From the NCBI GenBank assembly GCA_964242555.1, contig CAXTCR010000001.1, forward strand, positions 1,861-65,860: a DNA stretch of 64,000 bases. The letters run 5' to 3'. The position numbers and the translations under genes are program-made. Positions 58,044 to 64,000 of the stretch are shown here, piece by piece (positions within the stretch are counted from its first letter, which is position 1; every line of letters starts with the position of its first letter). The DNA is from an uncultured Ktedonobacteraceae bacterium. Lineage in GTDB: Bacteria > Chloroflexota > Ktedonobacteria > Ktedonobacterales > Ktedonobacteraceae. The notes below the pieces were generated by a model. The model searched no databases and was not told the origin of the DNA. It saw only the letters and a program-made list of their open reading frames with translations.

Positions 58044-58514
58044 TTACGTCTCCCGCACCTTGATACCGGCGATGTCTCCTAGTTTATATGGTTGTCCCAA
58101 TTGACGCACATAGACTGTGAGGACGAGGAACACATCGAGCAATGATGACTCGACGCCATCCTCCATCCATGCGACACGACAGGGGCGCACTCCTGAAAGT
58201 ATTGAGACTTGCATCTGACTCAAACCACATTGCTGGCGCAGTTCCAACAGCGTAGGCTTGCGCCGCTCGATTACGGGAATGGGTTGAGTGTCTTGCAGTG
58301 CTACTGCTCGGCGGATGTCATCGTCTCCTCTGATGGGACTCCAAACAACATTTGTGCCGTTTCCTGTTTGCCAACGAGCTTTATGAGTTCCATTGTAGCG
58401 CGACCCATGTTTTCCATACGCCGCGTGATAAATTCGTGCGACGAAGTCACAGCATAAGCGTCCAATCGTACGCAATAGGCCGCTTCGTAGTTCTCTTCGT
58501 ATTGTCGTCTCCAA
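58044..58514 (-). CDS. Protein with a C-terminal XRE-type HTH; the N-terminal part of the frame is doubtful
   Basis: The C-terminal ~75 aa (PTLLELRQQCGLSQMQVSILSGVRPCRVAWME) are a convincing HTH. The N-terminal ~80 aa are Arg/Cys/His/Trp-rich and overlap a more protein-like frame. Confidence 0.45.
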   Translation of the reverse strand: METTIRRELRSGLLRTIGRLCCDFVARIYHAAYGKHGSRYNGTHKARWQTGNGTNVVWSPIRGDDDIRRAVALQDTQPIPVIERRKPTLLELRQQCGLSQMQVSILSGVRPCRVAWMEDGVESSLLDVFLVLTVYVRQLGQPYKLGDIAGIKVRET

Positions 58515-58579
58515 TATGCTATCTCGCTTTCTTGCGACTTTTGGACATGAGCAGAGAATTGTATGTCATCCGTTGCCAC
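58301..58579 (-). CDS. Hypothetical protein (alternative frame overlapping 58044-58514)
   Basis: GTG 58579 has AAGGA 8 nt upstream. The product has natural-looking composition (EIAYWRRQYEENYEAAY..MELIKLVGKQETAQML). Confidence 0.35.
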   Translation of the reverse strand: MATDDIQFSAHVQKSQESEIAYWRRQYEENYEAAYCVRLDAYAVTSSHEFITRRMENMGRATMELIKLVGKQETAQMLFGVPSEETMTSAEQ

Positions 58580-58756
58580 TTGCACTATCCTTACCTTAAA
58601 AGAATTACTTTTATATTTGTTTCTTTTTATTCCTAACAAGCCAATTATAGAATCTGTTTTCTAAAGTGTCAATGTAATTAGATTCTATTTGTAAAGCACC
58701 ATAAGAAGATGTTACATTGAGCTAGCAGTAATGTTAGTTAACATAACGAGGGTGCT

Positions 58757-59593
58757 ATGAGCGAGAACATGATTGGTTCAGATGAAGCTATCAAGTTGTA
58801 TGTCGAGGCTGGACTTTCATCAAATACCTTTTTCCGGCATGCACGCGAGGGCAAAATCAGAAAAAACTTGCCCGAACTGAGAGAAAGAGGTGCTTTGTAT
58901 AATGAGGGTGATATCAGAAAGCTCATAGGCAAGCGGCTAAATGCCCAGGAGAGGGCACTAAGAGAAGAAAGGGAGCGGACAGAGGTTGCGTGGCAGGAGT
59001 TGTCTGATTTGCCCGCTATTTTAAAGCTAGATATACAGGTATACAAAGGGGAGCAAGTAGGCGAGATGAGGCTATACGCTTCATGGGCCAAGAAAAACAC
59101 CCACATTACACTCCTGGCCTTTGAACGAGGCAAGCGAGATACTGTAGTGGCGTATATCAACTTAGTTCCCATGGCAGAAGAGGTTATAATTTCTATTTTG
59201 AAAGGCGAACGAACGGTGTCATCGATAAGTCCCGACGAAGTAGAAAGCTATGAACGCAAAGGCGAATACACGCTTCTCGCCGAAAGTGTGGTGATACATC
59301 CCCAATACCCTGAACAGCTCAATAAACTCTTAAGCTCCGTGTTACACTACTGGTGTGAGCAGTATCCCGACAGGTACATACACAAGATATACGCAAATGC
59401 CGCATCCTACGATGGCGATATACTTGTGCGAAAACTTTTCTTTTCGCCGCTTTATGCTTTGTCGGATAGGGCATACGTTTTGGATTTAAGAAAACCTGGG
59501 ATTTCCAGAGTGGTAAAACGATTTCAAGAGTGTCTTGTAGAAAAGTCGAGATCAGACGACCCTTCGCAAGACGACAGGAAAACACACGCATAA
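58757..59593 (+). CDS. Hypothetical protein with a weak N-terminal HTH-like segment and an uncharacterised alpha/beta C-terminal domain (GNAT-like pattern without a CoA loop)
   Basis: GAGGG lies 4 nt upstream of the ATG. 278 aa. The domain calls are by eye only. Confidence 0.5.
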   Translation: MSENMIGSDEAIKLYVEAGLSSNTFFRHAREGKIRKNLPELRERGALYNEGDIRKLIGKRLNAQERALREERERTEVAWQELSDLPAILKLDIQVYKGEQVGEMRLYASWAKKNTHITLLAFERGKRDTVVAYINLVPMAEEVIISILKGERTVSSISPDEVESYERKGEYTLLAESVVIHPQYPEQLNKLLSSVLHYWCEQYPDRYIHKIYANAASYDGDILVRKLFFSPLYALSDRAYVLDLRKPGISRVVKRFQECLVEKSRSDDPSQDDRKTHA

Positions 59594-60546
59594 TGAGCAA
59601 ACACATTCCACACCTTCACGCATCTTCCTCATGGGGACTGACACGCGTATGGACACGTCTAACACAGCGTTCACTTTCGCAAAGCACGGTTATGAATGCA
59701 CTGCCACCACAGGTAATCGTGCTGCTGGCGATTGTGTCGGTGCAGATCGGGGCGGCACTGGCAAAGGGATTATTTCATGCAGTGGGATCGAGTGGAACAG
59801 TATTTTTGCGTGTCGGCTTTGGTGCGCTGATTTTCATGTCAATGGCACGTCCACGCTTGCGTGGATACAGGCGAGCTGATTACTTGTTGATTGTGTTATT
59901 CGGGCTAGCTATCGCGTGTATGAATGCAGCGTTCTATGCAGCCATTGCGCGTATTCCGCTTGGCATCGCGGTAACGTTGGAATTTGTCGGGCCATTGGGA
60001 GTGAGCGTGTTGGCCTCGCGGAAACGGCGCGACTTCTTATGGGCGGGTCTGGCGGCGGCAGGTGTTGTACTACTTGCCCCATTTGGCAACATGACAATTG
60101 ACCCGTTGGGTGTAGGTCTCGCACTGCTGGCAGGTGCGTGCTGGGGAGCGTATATTCTGCTCAACGTCCGCATTGGGCGAACATTCGAGGGCAATAATGG
60201 TCTTGCAATGAGTATGAGTGTAGCGGCACTTGTATTACTGCCAATTGGCATATGGAGCGGTGGCGCAACGTTGCTCAATCCAAAGATTTTGTTGTTGGGC
60301 ATAGGTGTAGCAATCCTTTCAACCGTCATTCCCTTTACGCTTGAATTGGAGGCGCTGCGGAGATTGCCTGCACGTGTATTTGGCGTGCTAATGAGTCTGG
60401 AGCCAGCGATTGCTGCACTCGTCGGCTTTATAGTGTTGCGCGAGACGACGGGGCTGCGGGCATTCATCGCACTAGCGTTGATTGTGATTGCGTCGGGCGG
60501 TGTCTCGTTTTTTCAGCAGAAGAGCATACATGACCCTGAAGAATAA
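59593..60546 (+). CDS. EamA/RhaT (DMT superfamily) transporter, RhtA-like
   Basis: 10-TM EamA duplication. ATG 59593 overlaps the upstream stop (TAATG). ATG 59692 (MNALPPQVIVLL) matches the usual RhtA N-terminus and may be the real start. Confidence 0.8.
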   Translation: MSKHIPHLHASSSWGLTRVWTRLTQRSLSQSTVMNALPPQVIVLLAIVSVQIGAALAKGLFHAVGSSGTVFLRVGFGALIFMSMARPRLRGYRRADYLLIVLFGLAIACMNAAFYAAIARIPLGIAVTLEFVGPLGVSVLASRKRRDFLWAGLAAAGVVLLAPFGNMTIDPLGVGLALLAGACWGAYILLNVRIGRTFEGNNGLAMSMSVAALVLLPIGIWSGGATLLNPKILLLGIGVAILSTVIPFTLELEALRRLPARVFGVLMSLEPAIAALVGFIVLRETTGLRAFIALALIVIASGGVSFFQQKSIHDPEE

Positions 60547-60553
60547 CATCTGA

Positions 60554-60596
60554 AAAACAAACATCGCACCCCGATATGAGGTGCGATGTTTGTTTT
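60554..60596. terminator. Bidirectional intrinsic terminator (17-bp stem with flanking A/T runs)
   Basis: aaaacaaacatcgcacc / ggtgcgatgtttgtttt, located between convergent stops. Confidence 0.65.
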
Positions 60597-60607
60597 GGAG
60601 CAAAGTA

Positions 60608-61246
60608 CTACGCGCGGGAACCTTGCTCGAAGAAGATCACATGCTTAGCGTCGTGACGTGTGCCCTCGGCAGGTACCTCATTGGCAAAACCGACTGGGAA
60701 GATGCTATAGCTCTTCCAAGATGAGGGAACGTTGAGAAACTCCCTCAACTCCTCCTCCATCTGCAGGTTGATGTGCTGATTCGAGGCGGCTAGTCCAGCG
60801 GCAGCAATAGCGTTCCAAACATTCGCTTGGACGATACCAAGCGTTTGAGCCGAAAAGCTATTCACCTGCTCAGGACTCATACCTGACGCAATCTGTTTCT
60901 CTGCAATTGCCGTATCCTCAAAGAATACGAGCGTAAACACGCCTGAACGATAGTCGGGGATGCGGTTCAAGGCGCGCTGCAGTTGTTCGCCCTGTAACTT
61001 TTGCTTTAACGTTGCTTCGACAAAATTCCAGAACTCCTGGTTGCGCTCTTTGAGTACAACAATACGTGCTGGCTGGCTGTTGCCGCTGGAAGGAGACCAG
61101 CGTGCAGCCTCAAGGATATGCGAGATTATCTCGTTGCTTACTTCGCCAGAGGTGAGTTTGCGGATAGAACGGCGTTTTAGAACAGTATCAAGGTATGTTT
61201 GCAGACCTGTGCTATCTATTTGGGAGGCTTGGGTAGCGATTGACAT
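60608..61246 (-). CDS. Nitroreductase family protein
   Basis: RRSIRKL FMN-binding N-terminus and SPSSGNSQP motif. 212 aa from ATG 61246. Confidence 0.85.
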   Translation of the reverse strand: MSIATQASQIDSTGLQTYLDTVLKRRSIRKLTSGEVSNEIISHILEAARWSPSSGNSQPARIVVLKERNQEFWNFVEATLKQKLQGEQLQRALNRIPDYRSGVFTLVFFEDTAIAEKQIASGMSPEQVNSFSAQTLGIVQANVWNAIAAAGLAASNQHINLQMEEELREFLNVPSSWKSYSIFPVGFANEVPAEGTRHDAKHVIFFEQGSRA

Positions 61247-61386
61247 AGTATATTTCGATCTCTCTTTCAAAGATTGTTTATCTAATTTGGTAAGCTCCTT
61301 TTATGAAAGGTTGCTTACCTATTATTATCGTATCATAATTAACAAACAAATAACAAGCTACTAATATTTCCATAGCATAAGAAGAG

Positions 61387-61415
61387 TTGACGTTTCTCCG
61401 TAGCTTGTCTATACT
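61387..61415 (+). promoter_or_regulatory. Sigma-70-type promoter (TTGACG-17 nt-TATACT) for the cupredoxin gene
   Basis: Near-consensus hexamers with 17-nt spacing, 46 nt upstream of ATG 61461. Confidence 0.6.
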
Positions 61416-61460
61416 GCATGCATATAACTTGTATTTGGACCACTATGAAGGCAAACACAC

Positions 61461-62015
61461 ATGAAAGACCCCAAAGATATATCACCCACTCCTAAACAGC
61501 CAAGACGTATTTCCCCTCGTTTTGTCGGCACATTATTTGTCCTGTTGCTGGCTCTAGTTGCCGTTGTGTCACTGAGCATATTTTCCACACGCAATCAGAA
61601 TGTAGCATTATCGGCGGCTCGTAGTACAAGCACCTCAGCGCAGGACGCGGTGACGCCAACAGTGCAGGCAACACCTATGGCAGGTGCGGTAAAGGTGGAT
61701 GTGACGCTCTCGGAATTTCATATTACGTCCTCGGTCACAGACTTCAAAGTTGGCACGCCGTACTATTTCGTTGTGACCAACGCGGGGCGTTCGCTCCACG
61801 AGTTTTTTATTATGCCAGACAAACCTAACGGATCAAATTATCTCGTCAATGGGCAATACAATGGGGCGTTGGTGCAGGGACAACCTGTGAAGCCAGGGAC
61901 AACGCTGATGGTCAACTACACCTTCAAGGCATCGAATACGACACATTATGAGATCGCCTGCTTGATGCGCGGGCATTATGCAGCGGGTATGAGCAGACCG
62001 ATTATTGTGAAATAA
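61461..62015 (+). CDS. Membrane-anchored cupredoxin (type-1 copper site) protein
   Basis: N-terminal TM anchor. Copper ligand pattern: His in SLHEF, then C-x4-H-x4-M (CLMRGHYAAGM). Confidence 0.7.
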   Translation: MKDPKDISPTPKQPRRISPRFVGTLFVLLLALVAVVSLSIFSTRNQNVALSAARSTSTSAQDAVTPTVQATPMAGAVKVDVTLSEFHITSSVTDFKVGTPYYFVVTNAGRSLHEFFIMPDKPNGSNYLVNGQYNGALVQGQPVKPGTTLMVNYTFKASNTTHYEIACLMRGHYAAGMSRPIIVK

Positions 62016-62016
62016 A

Positions 62017-62077
62017 GCAACAAGAGAGCATAGCTCCATTGATGTCCGACATCAACGGAGCTATGCTCTCTTGTTGC
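62017..62077. terminator. Bidirectional long hairpin (28-bp stem, one mismatch)
   Basis: Arms 62017-62044 and 62050-62077. It starts 2 nt after the cupredoxin stop and ends 2 nt before the convergent permease stop. Confidence 0.6.
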
Positions 62078-62078
62078 C

Positions 62079-62966
62079 CTATCCCTTTAGCGCACCCGCT
62101 GTTAAACCTGAGACGATGCGTCGCTCTAAGAGTAGAGTAAGGACGACGAGAGGGACGATAGACATAATCATGGCGGCGGACAAGATGCCGAAGTTGGTGG
62201 TAAACTCTGTTTGACTGATGTTGACGATGCCAACAGGTAGTGTGTAGGTGCCATTGTTGGTGAAGTTGAGCGCAAATAGGTACTCATTCCAATCGCCAAC
62301 AAAGACGATGATTGCAGCTGTAAAAATGCCTGGCAGCGTGATGGGCAAAATGATGCGCAGGAACGCTCCAAAACGCTTCATGCCATCAACTATCGCGGCC
62401 TCCTCAAGTTCTGCTGGCACATCCTGAAAGAAAGCGATAAGGACAAGCACGGCGAGAGGTAGTCCAAACACCGAGTAGGGAAGAATTAGAGCACTGAGCG
62501 TCCCAATAAGGTGTAGTTTCTGCAATATCTGATATAAGGGAATGACCTGCGCCAGTGGTGGAAAGAGCGAGAGCAAAAGGACAAATAGAAGCAATGGTGT
62601 CTTGAAACGAAAGCGCAACCGTGCGAATGCGTAGGCAGCGAGAACCGCAAGCACCATTGTGATCAAGGTTGATATGGTAGCCGCAATGATACTATTGCGA
62701 TAATAAGAGCCGAGATCGCCCTGTAACGCCTGTGTATAGCTGTCAAGGGCTGGTCTGGCGGGCAAGAGTGTTGCGGGTACAGTTGTTGTTTCTTGTGGAG
62801 TCATGAATGACGTGAGCAATGCCCAGAGCAGCGGGAAAAACTGTATCAACAAAACAAGAACGAGCAACACATAGATCAATGTACGAAATGAGAAGCGTCT
62901 CAGTTGCACATTTGGTGAGCGTGTTGCGACAAGAGTTTGTTCCCGTACAAGCGAGTGTTCGGCCAT
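62079..62966 (-). CDS. Carbohydrate ABC transporter permease (MalG-like)
   Basis: 6 TM helices and an EAA loop (EAAIVDGMKRFGAFLRIILP). Confidence 0.9.
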   Translation of the reverse strand: MAEHSLVREQTLVATRSPNVQLRRFSFRTLIYVLLVLVLLIQFFPLLWALLTSFMTPQETTTVPATLLPARPALDSYTQALQGDLGSYYRNSIIAATISTLITMVLAVLAAYAFARLRFRFKTPLLLFVLLLSLFPPLAQVIPLYQILQKLHLIGTLSALILPYSVFGLPLAVLVLIAFFQDVPAELEEAAIVDGMKRFGAFLRIILPITLPGIFTAAIIVFVGDWNEYLFALNFTNNGTYTLPVGIVNISQTEFTTNFGILSAAMIMSIVPLVVLTLLLERRIVSGLTAGALKG

Positions 62967-62985
62967 ATTCGTTTCCTCTCTTTCC

Positions 62986-63945
62986 CTAGTTCACGCCCGG
63001 ACGATACAGGGTGCGCAGGTAAACCACAATGAAGGCAAGACAGATCAGCATGAGCACGACGGCAACGGTCGAACCGTAGCCAAAATCGCCGAACTGTTGA
63101 ATTTGTACATTGATGTAGAGGCCGAGATTTTGCGTCGCAGTTCCAGGAGCGCCGTTTGTGAAAGCGCTGATCAAATCGAATGCCTGCAATGACTCGATGG
63201 TTCTCAGCAGTAGCGTGACAACCAGCGTTGGGCGGAGCAGGGGCAACATCACATTCCACAATACCTGCCACGACGATGCACCATCGACATGTGCCGCTTC
63301 ATAAACCTCATTGGGAATACCTTGCAGACCTGCAAGCACAAGCAGAGCAACGAGTGAATTTGCCTTCCAAATCGCCAGAGTATAGATAAGCCCTGTTGCT
63401 AGCAATGTTGTGCCTAACCAGTTAATGGGATGTGCCCCATTGAGGAGTCCTAAGCGTATCAGGATGCTATTGATGAGTCCATATTGGTCATTGAAGATAT
63501 AGGACCAAAGCACAGAGTTTGTTGCGGTAGGTATGGCCCAAGGGAAAATAACTGCTGCGCGCAGTAGCCAGCGCCCTGGAAATTTTTGATTAGCAAATAT
63601 CGCTAAGGCCGTGCCGAAGATCATCTGACCTGCAACCGTTACAAGGCTAAAGAGCAGCGAAAATACTAGCGCGCCAGAAAACTGTGGATCGTGAAAGAGA
63701 TGGATGTAATTGGTAAGACCGCCCCATGTCGTATTGACGCCATATGAACCACCTTGCTGAAAAGAAAACCAGATCGTGCTCAGCGCAGGATAGAGTCCTA
63801 AAGCCGCAAGAGCAATGATGACTGGCGCAATCATAGCCCATGCAAGGCGTTCCTCTCTTTGTACCAGACCTCCTGACTTTTTAGGGGGCGTGGATTTTGT
63901 CCTGTTGTTAGCTGTTTGGAGCACTGGTATACGAGTGGTTTCCAT
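62986..63945 (-). CDS. Carbohydrate ABC transporter permease (MalF-like)
   Basis: 6 TM helices and an EAA loop (EAAHVDGASSWQVLWNVMLP). AAGGAAG lies 6 nt upstream of the ATG. Confidence 0.9.
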   Translation of the reverse strand: METTRIPVLQTANNRTKSTPPKKSGGLVQREERLAWAMIAPVIIALAALGLYPALSTIWFSFQQGGSYGVNTTWGGLTNYIHLFHDPQFSGALVFSLLFSLVTVAGQMIFGTALAIFANQKFPGRWLLRAAVIFPWAIPTATNSVLWSYIFNDQYGLINSILIRLGLLNGAHPINWLGTTLLATGLIYTLAIWKANSLVALLVLAGLQGIPNEVYEAAHVDGASSWQVLWNVMLPLLRPTLVVTLLLRTIESLQAFDLISAFTNGAPGTATQNLGLYINVQIQQFGDFGYGSTVAVVLMLICLAFIVVYLRTLYRPGVN

Positions 63946-64000
63946 CTATGCTTCCTTTTAGTAGTATTTGATCAAGGAGGAACAACACGTTCATTGTACA

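Noticed and set aside
58301-58514. Programmed -1 ribosomal frameshift joining the two overlapping frames
   Set aside because: I read frame A codon by codon and found no X XXY YYZ slippery heptamer. A mutation, a sequencing indel or separate genes is more likely.
63972-64000. Possible 3' end of a solute-binding protein gene at the window edge (- strand, ...YNERVVPP*)
   Set aside because: Only 9 codons are visible, which is too short to support a call.

Overview
This is a gene-dense 64-kb chromosomal window of moderate GC with about 54 protein-coding genes. I saw no rRNA, tRNA, CRISPR array, transposase or integrase. It reads as core metabolism plus signalling, not a mobile island.

Gene content in order:
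- SIS isomerase and a YbjN-like gene.
- A Ser/Thr pseudokinase fused to an exported Rieske domain.
- An adenine deaminase plus xanthine-dehydrogenase-family operon.
- A PAS/GAF histidine kinase with a degenerate receiver.
- An FtsX-type permease with no adjacent ATPase.
- Two paralogous ECF sigma/anti-sigma pairs, and an acyl-CoA dehydrogenase.
- A SAM-cycle and methionine-salvage block: metK behind a SAM-I riboswitch, ahcY, a PfkB kinase, an HD hydrolase and mtnA.
- A second kinase/receiver pair, pepA, a DinB protein, a MoaD-MoaE fusion and an NTase-HEPN fusion.
- TPR, GntR, DUF3592-like, HAMP-membrane and Tat-exported PAP2/vanadium-haloperoxidase-like proteins.
- A flavoprotein disulfide reductase, a photolyase/cryptochrome, a CAP protein, trxA, a BI-1 protein and a 7Fe ferredoxin.
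- A polyamine-type catabolic trio: aminotransferase, saccharopine-dehydrogenase-like protein and aldehyde dehydrogenase.
- A small lower-GC XRE/HTH block, an EamA exporter, a nitroreductase, a cupredoxin and two sugar ABC permeases.

I found no recognisable defence or mobile system. The most unusual signals are:
1. A class of unique-sequence, perfectly paired 24-38 bp hairpins sitting on stop codons. Three of them punctuate the polyamine cluster.
2. A catalytically dead Hanks kinase domain joined through an internal Tat-like anchor to a Rieske 2Fe-2S domain.
3. The metK leader (SAM-I riboswitch, then a 104-nt inserted hairpin flanked by anti-SD and SD) and a candidate pseudoknot leader ahead of ahcY.
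4. A receiver domain with its acceptor Asp replaced and a homopolymer frameshift.
5. A MoaD-MoaE read-through fusion that keeps an internal SD and ATG.
6. A 33-aa hydrophobic ORF with a strong SD that the ORF track does not list.
7. An XRE/HTH block with two overlapping reading frames.

Gene starts were re-picked from RBS context where the ORF-track start looked too long. My impression that the source is a large-genome Chloroflexota/Ktedonobacteria-like or actinomycete-like soil bacterium is unverified.
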